Below the pieces are notes generated by a model. That model worked only from the letters and a program-made list of their open reading frames with translations, searched no databases and was not told the DNA's origin. The position numbers and the translations under genes are program-made. 64,000 nt of DNA from an uncultured Planctomycetota bacterium. Its GTDB lineage: Bacteria > Planctomycetota > Planctomycetia > Isosphaerales > Isosphaeraceae. Within the stretch, counting starts at the first letter, position 1. Each line of letters opens with the position of its first letter. The stretch covers positions 832,001 through 896,000 of the forward strand of contig CAWGMQ010000011.1 in NCBI GenBank assembly GCA_963823665.1, read 5' to 3'. Shown one piece after another: positions 1-11,013 of the stretch.

Positions 1-322
1 CCAGAGCCGACTCGACGGTGGTGAGGACATTGAAGCCGTCGATGATCAGCTCGCACCCTGCCAGTTCGACTTCGCGGCAGATCCGTTCGAGACGTCTGGC
101 GCGGGCATCGTCCGAGCAGGTCGCCCGGTGCACCGCCTGGCGCTGTCGCTCAGTCAAGCGGTAGCGATCACCGGTGAGCTTGAGCGACGACGGCGCTGCG
201 TAGCCCTTCGAGAGCAACCAGGCGAAATCGGCTGCGGCCGCGCGCAGGGCCGGGAGGCTCGCGGCATCGAAGGCCGAGGCATCTCGCGGGTCCTGGCCAC
301 GATGAGATGGCCTCGCAGGCAC
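1..322 (-). CDS. DUF434-family protein, 5' part (runs off window edge)
   Basis: Manual translation from GTG at 322 gives MPARPSHRGQDPRD...FAWLLSKGYAAPSSLKLTGDRYRLTERQRQAV...LIIDGFNVLTTVESAL, which matches the recalled DUF434 pattern. Absent from the ORF track because it is truncated. Confidence 0.7.
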   Translation of the reverse strand, partial: MPARPSHRGQDPRDASAFDAASLPALRAAAADFAWLLSKGYAAPSSLKLTGDRYRLTERQRQAVHRATCSDDARARRLERICREVELAGCELIIDGFNVLTTVESAL

Positions 323-341
323 CTCGATCGGCGTTTCGTCG

Positions 342-815
342 TTATCGCTCATACGTTCCCAGGAGCTCGGTCGTTGCAATGACGTGCGCGTCGATCGCCT
401 TGAGCAAGCTTGCCTTGTCAACGCCTTCCGGAACGTCGAGGGCTTTGTCCAGCGCATAAAGCTTGAAGAAGTATCGGTGGACGCCGTGGCCCTTGGGAGG
501 CGCGGGGCCGCGATATCCGGCTGTCCTCCACGAGTTCCGGCCCTGAAGCACGCCGGCGGGAGACGGCGGCCGTGAGAGCGGCGGAATGCCCTCCGGCAAT
601 CCGTCGCTCGTGGCGGGGATCTTGTAAATCAGCCAGTGAACCCAGGGTTCGCTCGTGGGAGCATCGGGATCGTCCACGACGAGTGCAAGTGCGGCGGCAC
701 CATGCGGCACGCCCTTCCAGTGGAGCGCCGGCGAGAGGTCTTCGCCGTCCCCTGTATGCCGGCGCGGAATGGGCTGTCCCGCGGCAAAAGCTGGGCTCTC
801 GAGGATGAAGCTCAT
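342..815 (-). CDS. YbhB/YbcL family (PEBP/Raf kinase inhibitor-like) protein
   Basis: Motifs SP.L.W, VVDDPDAP, WVHW, GYRGPAPPKGHGVHRYFFKLYALD. Likely start MSFILESPAF at 815. Confidence 0.92.
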   Translation of the reverse strand: MSFILESPAFAAGQPIPRRHTGDGEDLSPALHWKGVPHGAAALALVVDDPDAPTSEPWVHWLIYKIPATSDGLPEGIPPLSRPPSPAGVLQGRNSWRTAGYRGPAPPKGHGVHRYFFKLYALDKALDVPEGVDKASLLKAIDAHVIATTELLGTYER

Positions 816-1027
816 GATGGGTCTCCGAGGGATCGCCTTCGGAAGAATTGCTCGCACCCATTATACGGTCTGGGCGGCATGAATGGGCGCAGGTTGCCCT
901 TCGCCAGACTTGACTGCCGCTCCCCGATCGACGTCAATGGAGTCAGGTGGCCCGTGGACTTTCGGCGGTCTTTCAGCATGATCTCCGGGGCGGCGGCACA
1001 GGCCTGGCGTTGTGAGGAGCTTCGGTC

Positions 1028-1285
1028 ATGGAAATCTTGACGGTTGGCCCAAGCGGTCAAATCGAATTACCCGACGAGGTCCGCGATCGCTACGGCATGG
1101 CGCCGGCGCCGCCGATCCGGATCATTGAGACCCGCAGTGGAGTCCTGCTCGTTCCGCTGAGCAATGCCCCGATGAGCCCCGAACTGGCCGAAGAGCTCGC
1201 GGAATGGCAGGCGCTCGGGGCAGAGAGCTGGGAGTTATTCCCCTCCTGGGGATTCACGAGTCGACCGTTTCTCGATCCCGGATAG
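1028..1285 (+). CDS. AbrB/MazE/SpoVT-family DNA-binding protein (antitoxin-like), no toxin downstream
   Basis: N-terminus LTVGPSGQIELPDEVRDRYGM...IRIIETRSGVLLVPL fits the swapped-hairpin AbrB pattern. Confidence 0.75.
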   Translation: MEILTVGPSGQIELPDEVRDRYGMAPAPPIRIIETRSGVLLVPLSNAPMSPELAEELAEWQALGAESWELFPSWGFTSRPFLDPG

Positions 1286-1406
1286 TGGCCGGCACTTCCG
1301 CGACGGCAAGCCCATCCTCTCGGCCGAGCTATCGGGGGTCCTCGAACGAATCAGTGCGAGTGCCGAAAGCCCGTGTGCTCGAATCGAAAAACTGAGCAAG
1401 GGCCGG
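1281..1406 (+). pseudogene. Fragment of the C-terminal region of a planctomycete transposase (Y1/REP-associated-like)
   Basis: Translates as DSGRHFRDGKPILSAELSGVLERISASAESPCARIEKLSKGR, resembling the recalled family pattern DYTGRLFREGKA.ISAELAGI.ERLGSSAESW.ARLEKL..GR. No start codon. Confidence 0.5.
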
Positions 1407-1479
1407 ACTGGGAGCCAAACGATGTGCCCGATCCTCTTCGAACTCCCGGGTTGGGAGATCAAGGTCCGCAGCGTACGGC
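1404..1479 (+). pseudogene. Orphan fragment of an lgt 5' end including its RBS
   Basis: cggactgggagccaaacgatgtgcccgatcctcttcgaactcccgggttgggagatcaaggtccgcagc aligns with 20554-20626 (cggactgggagccaaagatgcgcccgatcctcttcgagatccctggttgggacatcaaggtgcacagc). Peptides MCPILFELPGWEIKVRS vs MRPILFEIPGWDIKVHS. Confidence 0.8.
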
Positions 1480-1483
1480 AACA

Positions 1484-2418
1484 TCACTCCGACCGCAACC
1501 GAATCCGTTTCTGCCGGCCCGGGCTGACCGCAGCGGCGGCCACGCCGCGGGCGAAGGCCAGCGACTTTGTCGCATCGGCGCCGCGGAACCGGGCGCCACG
1601 ACCCAAGCCAGGCAGAAGACGGCCGCCGCGACGGATTCGTGCTGCGCCTCGCACTCGATCGGCTCGATCTCCCACCACGCATCTTCGGCCCACAACAGCC
1701 CGCGGCCGGTGAACGCGGTGATTGCGAACTCACCGGGATCGCCCTCGAGCTGACGCAGTCGCTGCGCAAGGATTCCGATATCGCCCGCGCCGGCGCACAG
1801 CGCGCGGGCCTCTTGGTGGCTCAACTGGATGAATTGAAACCGGCGGGCGACCTGTGCGAAGGCTGGGTGGACGATTAGCTCTCGAGGCGGGCGGAGGGCA
1901 CGATAGGCGCCGCGGGCCAGGTCTGCCAGGTGTGGTAGCAGGCCAGGCGAATTGGCATCGTCCGGGGAAAGCGGGCCGACGATCACTGCGTCGCCATTCC
2001 GCAGCGTGGCGATCGCCCCGGCGATCGTTTCGCGGTCGCGCCACGAAGTTTCCTCGGTGCAGAGCAACTGCAGAATCTCGGACATGCTCTCGGGCAGATC
2101 CGCCGTGCGGCCCGGCGCCGCTCCGATGGGGTCGTCGAACCGAGGGCTTACCTGGATATCGCGACTGCGCCGGCGGCACCAGGCGGCCGAGCAACTCAAG
2201 GTGCTGGCCGCGATCTGCGTGCAGCGAAAGCCGTTCGGTCCGGCGATGGCCTGTCGAGCCTCTTTCGTCTCGACGAGCCCGCGCACTCCCGGGCCGCCGT
2301 GATCGAGCCACCCAGACGATTCACTTCCCACGAGTACGAGGTTCGGGAGGGCGGTGTGTGGTCGCTGCATGTTGCACCTAACGATTTGAGTTCGGGCGCT
2401 CTCGATTTGAGCCAACAT
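1484..2418 (-). CDS. Hypothetical protein, possibly a degenerate ribokinase/PfkB-like fold; frameshift near 1590
   Basis: ORF 1459..2562 plus a second frame ending at 1484 (RFRGADATKSLAFARGVAAAAV). FIQLSHQEA, FAITAFTGRG and a 'LAFA..VAAAAV' tail recall PfkB C-terminal motifs, but the GAGD motif is absent. Confidence 0.4.
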
Positions 2419-2943
2419 GGGGACTGTTCCTTTCCTGAAGGAGCGGGTGGCGAATGGGTCCTGACACCGTGTTGGGCGGGCGTCGCGGCCCAGGTGTCCA
2501 GTGTGCTCGAGAGGACTATCAACGCAGTCGGATCGATGCCGACAAGATTCCTTTGCGTTCAAAACCTATGGTCGCTATGCTCGCGTTGAGCCTGTGGAAC
2601 AGGCCGTCGGCTGCGCCGCGGCTCGGGGGCTGCGCACGTTCTTCGGAGAAGCCGGGAAAAGCGGTCGGCGGGTGTCGGGTGGCTGCCCGGCGTGTTGATG
2701 AGGCGGTAGGTCAGAGGCTTCCGGTGACTTTCGCCGCGACCTCTCACCGGTTTTCGGGAATTCACCATGGACCGACACGGTTCGGTAACGGGCATGCTTT
2801 TGGGCTTGCGCTCCGACGACGCTCGGCGAAATCACGACTCGCCAAGCCGGCACCGAGCGGCAGGTCGAGCGCGGCTTTGCGCGCGTCCGCAGCTTCTGGA
2901 CTTCTGATGATGACGGTGGATTCCGAAGGCGAGCGAATTTGCC

Positions 2944-5900
2944 ATGGTCGAAATCCCGACGGGTGATTGGAGCTGGGTCGACGCAGCAGCCATGCGATTC
3001 GAGCGCGCCTGGAAAGACGGGCCGCGGCCGCTCATTGAGGACTACCTGGCCGAAGTGGAAGAGCCGCAGCACTCGCCGTTGCTCGACGAGCTGCTGAGAG
3101 TTGAGATTGAACTGCTCCGGCGTGCCGGAGAGCAGCCCGATCCGGAAGAATACCTAGAACGGTTTCCCGCTCACGCCGGCGTTGTCGCCGGCGTTTTTTC
3201 TGACGGGCAGGAGCCGCATTCCTGGCATGCCGGAACGCGATCGAGCGGGCCAGCAGACTCGCTCATTCACAACCTCGACCGTTCCCTGATCCGCGGCGTA
3301 CTGGCCGGGCTGGCCGAGACGGGCGGTTCCGTCCCGCGCGTGTTGCTGCGCGACACCGAGCGTGAGCCTGAATCGCCGGTGGTTCGCCCCTCGTCCCGCG
3401 AGATGCCCGAGGAGGCCGGGCGGTACCAGATTCTGGGTGAGATCGGCCACGGCGGCATGGGGGCCGTGCTCAAGGGCCGAGACCCTGACCTGGGTCGCGA
3501 CCTCGCTGTGAAGATCCTGCTGGAAGAGCATCAGCATGACCGCGAGCCTCGTCCGCCGGTTCATCGAGGAGGCGCAGATTGGCGGCCAGCTTCAACATCC
3601 GGGCATCGTGCCGGTGTACGAGCTGGGCGAGTTCGGCGGCCGCCGGCCTTATTTCACAATGAAGCTGGTCAAAGGGCGCACTCTGGCCGCCTTGCTGAAG
3701 GAACGCGCCGGCCCTGCGCACGACGTGCCGCGGTTCCTGGGCGTCTTCGAACAGGTCTGTCAGACGGTGGCCTACGCGCATGCCCGCGGGGTGATCCACC
3801 GGGATCTGAAGCCATCGAACATCATGGTGGGCTCATTCGGCGAGGTGCAAGTGATGGACTGGGGCCTGGCCAAGGTGCTGCCTCAGGGTGGAGTCGTTGA
3901 CGACCCGCAGCCAAACCCCGACCTGCCGGCCCCCAGCGTGATTCGCACCGTTCGAAGCGGCTCGGACGCCGCCGCGTCGCGCCCCGGCTCGGTGCTGGGC
4001 ACCCCGGCCTACATGGCGCCTGAGCAGGCCGGCGGAAACGTTGACGAGATCGATGAGCGAGCCGACGTCTTCGGGCTGGGGTCGATCCTGTGCGAGATCC
4101 TCACCGGACAGCCGGCTTATACGGGTCCGACGTTCGGCGCCATTTTGCGCAAAGCGAGTCGAGGTGACACGTCCGACGCCCTGCGGCGTCTGGACGGTTG
4201 CGGAGCCGAGGATGACTTGAAGGCGCTGGCCCGCCTCTGCCTGGCGGCGGAGGCCCAGGAGCGCCCTCGCGATGCCGGCGTGCTGGCTGCGGCAATCACG
4301 GCGTACCTGAGCGGTGTCCAGACACGGCTGCGGCAGGCCGAGCTGGATCGAGTCGAAGCCCAGGCACGAGTGGAGGAAGAGACGAAGCGTCGAATACTTG
4401 CCGATGACCTCGCCCGTGAGGCCAAAGCGCGGGCCGCCGAAGAGCGGAAGCGGCGCCGGGTGACGGTTGCACTGGCCGCAGCCGTTCTGGCGCTGGCTGC
4501 CCTCGGCGGTGGAACCTTACTCGTCACCGAGCGATCGCGATCGGAACGCCGCGCGGCGGTTGCGCAGATGATCGGAGAAGCCCGGCGGACGCAGACTGCG
4601 GCGCAGGTGGCGGCAGCCAATGACCCGTCCCTCTGGTCCGAAGCGGTTGCGGCTCTCGAACGAGCTGAGGGGCTGCTGACGCCCGGCGGCGAAACCGACC
4701 AGAAGCGCGAAATCGATGAGCTGCGGGCCGCGATCACGGCCGAACGTGACGAGGCCCGCAACGAATCGGAATGGCTGGCACAGTTGATCGAAATCCGTTC
4801 AACAAAAGCCGACGGTCCTGACGGTGCATCGCCGGATCACAACTACGCGACGGTCTTCCGCGCGGCGGGCATCGACCCGGATGCCCTCAGTGCAGAGCAG
4901 GTCGCGGCGAGAATCCGGACCCGAAGACCGATCCTGGCCCAGGGTCTGGTTGCCGCGCTGGACGACTGGGCGGCAGTGCGCCGCGAGCAGCGAAACGACA
5001 ACGCGGGAGCGCGAAGGCTATTGGCGGCTGCCCGTGCCGCTGACCCCGACACGTGGCGCGACCGGCTGCGCGTGCTGCAAGAGAAGGCCAGCAGCAAGGA
5101 ACGACTGGAGGCCCTGAGGCAGCTTGCGAGCACCGCCAAGACCGACGAGTTGCCGGCTGTGAGTCTTGACCTGCTTGGTGTCGCCCTTCTCGTAGATGGC
5201 GACGCGTCGGCAGCCGCCGACGTGCTGCGCAGCGCACAGCGGAGTCATCCCAGGGATGCCTGGCTCAAGTACAACTTGGCGCGGGCCCTGGAGAAGCTCG
5301 GGCGGAAGGAAGAGGCGATTCGCTATTTGATGGCCGCGCGGACCCTCCGGCCCGAGACTGCGCACGAACTGGCCCACCTTCTTGAGCAGCGGGGGGAGTC
5401 GGACGAGGCCCTGGCGATCTTTGCGGACCTGGTGCGGCTCCGTCCCGATGAGGGCGCGCATTGGGGCTGCTACGGCAGCCTGCTGAAGGACCGGGGCGAC
5501 CGTACGCGGGCCGGGGAGGCGCTCGAGAAGGCCGCGGCACTGATGCGCAATGCTGTGCGGCTCAAACCCGACGACGTATTGGTCCACTACAGACTCGGCC
5601 AGGTCCTGTTCAACCAGGGGAAACTGGACGAGGCCATCGCCGAATGGAAAGAGGAGATCCGCCTCAACCCGAAGTACGTTGGTGCCTACGTGGCCGTCGG
5701 CAACGCTCTTCGCGAACAGGGCAAGCGAGAAGAAGGGATCGCCGCGTATAAAGAGGCTCTCCGCCTCAAGCCCGATGACGCAGCCGCCCACAACAACCTC
5801 GGCAACGCCCTGGGCGAACAGGGGAAGCTAATGGAGGCAATCGCCGAATACCGCGTAGCCATCCGGCTTGAGCCGGATGATTCCTTGTCCCACGTCAACC

Positions 5901-8185
5901 TCGGGCATATCCTGCGCGTACAGGGCAAGATGGATGAGGCAGTCGCCGAAGGACGCAAGGCCATCGGGCTCAAGCCCGACGACTCTCGCGCCCATGCCAC
6001 CCTCGGCAACACCCTGCGCATCCAGGGAAAAGTGGAGGAGGCGATCGCTGAATGCAGACAGGCGGTCCGGCTCAATCCCAACGACGCAAACGCCCACAAG
6101 ATTCTTGGTGCCGTGCTAAGCGATCACGGGAAGCTGGACGAGGCGATCGCCGAATGCAAAGCGGCCATCCGGCTCCAGCCTGACGACGCCGAGGCGCACA
6201 CCAGTCTGGGCACGGTGCTCAAGCTCCAGGGGAAAGTGGATGAGGCCATCGCCGAACACCGTACGGCGATTCAGCTCAAGCCCGAAGACGCTGCCGGCCA
6301 CTACAGCTTGGCCAACGTCTTGAGCGTCCAGGGGAAGCTCAGGCTGGCCATCGACGAATACAGAACCGCCATCCGCGTCCTTCCTCCCGACTGCGACCCC
6401 ATCACCGCCTTTGGAGCCCATTACAACCTCGGGACCGCGCATCTGCTGCAAGGAGAACCGGAGAAGGCAACCCCCGAACTCCGCGAGGCGATCCGAATCA
6501 AGCCGGATAACGCCGAGGCGCACACCAACCTCGGGACCGCCCTGCTGAAGCAGGGAAAGTTGGATGCGGCAATCGGCGAGTTCCGAACGGCGATCGAACT
6601 GAAGCCCGGACTGGGCAATGCCCACGATGGTCTCGGACGGGTCTGGCGGGCTCAGGGAAAGCTCGAGGAGGCGATCGCCGAGTATCGTGAGGGGATCCGA
6701 GTCGAGCCCGACCACGCGGGGGGCTACCAGAGTCTCGGAGCGATTCTCTGCGACGAAAAACGCGATTATGCCGGGGCCGTCATTGCGTTTCGTAATGCGA
6801 TCCGGCTCAAGCCGGACTTCGTAGAGGCTCACCTCAGCCTCGGCAACGCCCTGAACGGCCAGGGCAAACTGAATGAGGCGATTGCGGCATACCGCGCGGC
6901 GATTCGAATCAGCCCGGGGTTCGCCGCGGCCCACATCAGCCTCGGCCTTCTCGTGCAAGATCAGGGGAAGTTGGACGAGGCCATTGGCGAGTACAAAACC
7001 GCGATCCGCATCAATCCGAACGAGGCCGTTCCCCACTTCGGTCTCGGCAGCGCCCTGCACATCCAGGGGAAGCTGGATGAGGCGATTGCGGAATACAAAA
7101 TCGCCATCGGCCTGAGTCCCAAGATACCGATCTTCCACAGCCACTTCGCAACCGCCCTGAACGACCAGGGCAAGTCGGACGCGGCGATCCTGGAATTCAA
7201 AATCGCCATCAGCCTGAATCCGAAGGACTCTAATCCTCATACCGGGCTCGGCAACGCGATGCACGCGCAGGGGAAGCTGGATGAGGCGATCGTCGAGTAC
7301 AAAATCGCCATTGGCCTCAATCCCAAGGACCCCAATCCCCACAACGGGCTCGGCAACTCGCTGCAGGCCCAGGGGAAAGTGCAAGGGGCGATCGTCGAGT
7401 ACAAAACGGCCATCGACCTCAATCCGAAGGACTCCAATCCCCATAACGGGCTCGGCAACGCGATGCAGGCCCAGGGGAAGCTGGATGAGGCGATCGCCGA
7501 GTACAAGACTGCCATCCGGCTCAATCCCAAGGACCCCGCTCCCCGCAACAACCTCGGCAACGCCCTGCGCGGCCAGGGGAAGCTGGATGAGGCGATCGCC
7601 GAGTACAAGACTGCCATCCGGCTCAATCCCAAGGACTCCGCTCCTCACACTAACCTTGGGGTCGCCCTCATTACGCAAGGGAAGCGCGAGGAAGCGGTTG
7701 CCGAGTACCGCGAAGCCGTCCGGCTGAAACCAGACATGGCCATGCCCCACAACAACTGGGCTTGGGCGCTGGTGGTCTCGGCCAAGCGTCCGCCGCGCGA
7801 TTACGAAGAAGGGCTGGTGCACGCCCGCGAGGCTGTCGAACTCGCGAAGAAGGGCGAAAACCACTACGGCACGCTGGCGCTGGCCGAGTATCGCTCGAGG
7901 CACTGGGCCGAGTCGCTGGCCGCCAGCGAGCAATCGATGAAGCTGCGAAAGGGACTGTACGCCTACGACTGGTACTTCCAGGCGATGGCACACTGGCAGA
8001 AAGGAGAAAAGGACGAGGCCCGTAAATGGTTCGACAAGGCAGTCGCCTGGACCAAGGAAAAAGACCCCAAGAACGCGGAGCTGCGCCAGTTCTGGTCCGA
8101 AGCCGCCGAGCTGCTGGACCAGCCGGGGCCTCCGGCTTCCGACTCAAGCCAGCCTGCGGCTCCAGCATCGGACAAACCGCGTTGA
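2944..8185 (+). CDS. Ser/Thr protein kinase with TM helix and long TPR array; frameshift near 3540
   Basis: IGHGGMG/LAVK in ORF 2944, then HRDLKPSN, DWGLAK and GTPAYMAPEQ in ORF 3536..8185. TM segment VTVALAAAVLALAALGGG and more than 20 TPR units of 34 aa. Confidence 0.92.
7200..7680 (+). repeat. Near-identical 102-bp tandem TPR-coding units
   Basis: 7471-7534 and 7573-7636 are identical 64-nt stretches 102 bp apart. Five consecutive units begin LNPKD. Confidence 0.9.
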
Positions 8186-8248
8186 ACGGGGTGCGCGGTG
8201 GGATTTGACCGACTGTCGAATGTGGGCGCCACCAGGCGGAGTTACTTT

Positions 8249-8303
8249 TGGTGCGCGTTCAACCCACCTGCATATAATCTTAGGTGGGTTTCACCCACCC
8301 TAC
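8249..8303. repeat. GTAG-type REP doublet (left copy degenerate)
   Basis: ggtgggtttcacccaccctac is the reverse complement of GTAGGGTGGGTGAAACCCACC; same family as 11941-11998. Confidence 0.7.
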
Positions 8304-8304
8304 C

Positions 8305-8723
8305 CTACCGTTCCGACGGATCGCTCGCAGCCGTGGGCTTGAGATCCCGCTCGATCCGCGCGCCCAAGGCGGCGGTGTACCGCGCCAACGTGGTGAGGGC
8401 GGGGTTTGCATTCGCCGCAATCTCGAGCTTGTGAATGGCAGCTCGATCGAATCCCGTTCGTTCGGCGAGGTCGGCGAGGCTCAATCCTTGACGCTCGCGC
8501 TCGGCCCGCAGGGCCACAATCAAGTCTCGGAACGGGAAGGTGGGCCTGCGGCGCGCACCCGCTCTGCCTCCTCGAATGCCTCCCGATCGATCTGGCCGCT
8601 TTCGTACAACGCGCGCGGGCTGGGCCGGCCCGCGAATTGCGCCGCGATCGCGTCCTCGCGGGCGGCTCGATCCGTCGTCGACTTGCCTGCTAAACCAGCG
8701 TCCGGCTTTCGTGATCTCGCCAT
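8305..8723 (-). CDS. XRE-family helix-turn-helix regulator; frameshift near 8520
   Basis: LRAERERQGLSLADLAERTGFDRAAIHKLE...NPALTTLARY is an HTH_3 pattern. The N-terminal half MARSRKPD lies in the adjacent frame. Confidence 0.8.
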
Positions 8724-8863
8724 GAATGCCTCCTCAGTCCTCGCTCGGCTCAAACGCCGTGATCGGCCGGATGACCGGCACATCCTCGTAGTAATGTACT
8801 ACTACGCGCGACTCGCGGCGGCAATTCCAACCGTCGTATAGCTGCCGCGATCCCGAGACTCAC

Positions 8864-8935
8864 TCACTCTCGTTCCGGACGAGCAAACGGTTGAGCCAGA
8901 AAGGCGACATCCATCATCAAGAGTTGGAAGAAGGC
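8864..8935 (-). pseudogene. Orphan 3'-end fragment of a TPR kinase gene
   Basis: Encodes AFFQLLMMDVAFLAQPFARPERE*. The DNA matches 21695-21735, the C-terminus of the kinase at 21673 ([14 protein letters not shown]). Confidence 0.7.
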
Positions 8936-8943
8936 TTTGACTT

Positions 8944-8991
8944 CTCGTTCCCACGCTCTGCGTGGGAATGCTCTCCCCGACGCTCCGCGTC
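8944..8991. repeat. REP-like double hairpin
   Basis: ttcccacgc-tct-gcgtgggaa followed by gacgc-tcc-gcgtc. Confidence 0.75.
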
Positions 8992-9166
8992 GTCGGAACC
9001 ATGACCGAGGCTGTGCTTGTTCCTTCGTACCGCGGAGGTCGCCGCGGCACGCGGACCGAACGGTAGGTCTCCACACGGTCGACCGTTCAACAAGCCGCCG
9101 TGTATCGACAGTGCTCGAGTGGTGTCGATACACTGGTAAGAAGAACCAGTTGCGCGGGAGTCGGCG

Positions 9167-9475
9167 ATGGAGGTTCGCTATTACGTTAATCCAGCCACCG
9201 GCTTGCCGCACATCTACGATCATGGCTTCACCGAGTCCGAGGTCGAGCAGGTTCTGGCTCGACCTAGTGTGGACAGACTGGGCTCTAAGCGGCCCGACAA
9301 ACCGGCCTCGAGGCGGTCCCGTCAGGCCATCGGTCAAACCCTCGCGGGTCGTTACGTGCGCGTGATCTATGTTCCCGAACCGGAGAGAGTCGGCGTGTTC
9401 GTGGTAACGGCAATCCCGATGACGCGAAACGAGATCAAGGCGTACCGTCGCCAGAATAAGAGAGGTCGACGATGA
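9167..9475 (+). CDS. Putative type II toxin (BrnT/DUF4258-like)
   Basis: HIYDHG...EVEQVL...AIGQTLAGRYVRVIY...FVVTA.PMT. ATGA overlap with the downstream small gene. Confidence 0.7.
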   Translation: MEVRYYVNPATGLPHIYDHGFTESEVEQVLARPSVDRLGSKRPDKPASRRSRQAIGQTLAGRYVRVIYVPEPERVGVFVVTAIPMTRNEIKAYRRQNKRGRR

Positions 9476-9714
9476 GCGAACAACAACTTCCTCACGGTTG
9501 GGATAAGCAGCAGATGCAGCAATTGCTGGCCGAAGTCGAGAACCGGACAGAAGAGGAATGGATTGCTGACGATGAAGCGGCGAATGAACCTGCGGATGAT
9601 CAAACAATGATTACCGTACCGACGGAATTGCTGCCAGAGATTCGGCGGTTATTGGCGAAATACGCGGCCGAGCACGTCGATCAGTCGGACCGTGAGGAAC
9701 GCGTCGCCGGCTGA
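9472..9714 (+). CDS. Putative cognate antitoxin
   Basis: Small acidic protein (LPHGWD...EEEWIADDEAA...TMITVPTELLPEIRRLLA), translationally coupled to the toxin-like gene. Confidence 0.65.
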   Translation: MSEQQLPHGWDKQQMQQLLAEVENRTEEEWIADDEAANEPADDQTMITVPTELLPEIRRLLAKYAAEHVDQSDREERVAG

Positions 9715-9715
9715 G

Positions 9716-9802
9716 CAGAGGCCGCTGGGCCGATGCTTCGACGCCAGCCGCGCGCTGCTGCGGGAAGTTGCGGCTCGGTTGCGCGTCCACCACCTTGCAA
9801 AG
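9716..9802 (+). pseudogene. Extreme C-terminal fragment of the same transposase family as 1281-1406
   Basis: RPLGRCFDASRALLREVAARLRVHHLAK resembles the recalled pattern RLLGRFFAASRERLREVAERLGVHHLAN. Confidence 0.5.
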
Positions 9803-9836
9803 GCATCGGTCTTAAACCAACCGGCTAATCTCGCGA

Positions 9837-11013
9837 TCACCGGCCCGCGCGCTTCTTCTTGGACGTCGTTCCCTTGCCGCGCGGTGTGACACCCGTCTCG
9901 TCCGGCTCGACATTGGTGAGGATCAGCCGGCCGGATCCCTGGGTGTACTTGAAGTCGAAGCGGCTGAGGAAACTCTGCCCGAGCAAGGGGGCGACGTCGC
10001 CTTTCTCTTTGGGCATCACCACGCACGTCACGTCCTTGACGGACAACCGGCCGATCCTCATCGTGCGAATGATCATTTCCTTGGCCATGACCTTGGTGCC
10101 GTCGGCAACCTCGCATTCCACCGTTCGGCCGGTGGGCTTGAGGCCGAACCGTGAGGCCAGCTCGGCCGACAACGTCGTCGGGCCCGCCCCGGTGTCGAAG
10201 ACCATCCGGACCGGTCCCCTGCTGTTGATCATGACATCGACATGGTCGACGCCGTGCTCGCGGTGCAGCTCGACCGTCTCGCTCTGAACCGAGCCCTCGA
10301 GTCTCCCCAGCCACTTGATGGCGCTCGCGAGTTCCTTCGATGGCCCGAGCTTCTGCTTGATCTTTGATGACGCGGAGAGATCCTTCAGCGCCTTCTGAAT
10401 CTCTTCCTTTCCCTCGAGCTGAGCGTATTTCGCCATGATCTCGTCGACCGACTTACGCAGGTCGCTGACTGCCTGCATGTATGACTCACGGACCTGGGCG
10501 ACCTCGGCGTTGAACTGCTTCTTCATGTCCTGGAACTGCCCGCGTTGATCGGCAAGGTTGTTGATCAGCGTGCTCAAGCGGCGCTGCTCGGTGACAACGT
10601 TGTTACGCTCCTGGACCACCATGTTGTGATAGACCGTACCGGCCTGGTTGCCCCCGGTCGGCCCCAGATTCGCGAGCATCTGGTCGTAGGCGATGATTTG
10701 CTGGTCCAGCCAGTCAATCTGCTGGCGGTAGTTATCAATCAATACCTTGGGATTCTGGATGCCCATTTCGAGTGCGTGCTGTTGCTGCTGGCCGATACTC
10801 AGCCGCGTGCCGAGCGCCTTGCGCTCGCCGCGCGTCTTTCAGGATCACAGCCTCGCTCACGAGGATCCAGGTCGCGCTCGACCGTTTGAGCCCCTGACTC
10901 TTCAGCAGCTCGCCGGGTTCTGGTTCCTTGGCGTGCGAGACCATCGTGCCGATCGGGCCCACGAATAGGGTGACGGCGGTGAACCACAACGTTCGATTCA
11001 GAACGGCTTGCAT
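9837..11013 (-). CDS. Secreted retropepsin-like (clan AA) aspartic protease with N-terminal coiled coil; frameshift near 10810
   Basis: MVFDTGAG catalytic motif, VADG flap and LLGQSFL. Signal peptide MQAVLNRTLWFTAVTLFV in the upstream frame. Confidence 0.85.

Noticed and set aside
6116..7993. Long antisense ORFs (e.g. 6116..7993, 31061..33073, 53353..54909, 39674..41191)
   Set aside because: They are shadows of high-GC genes on the opposite strand and have no recognisable motifs.
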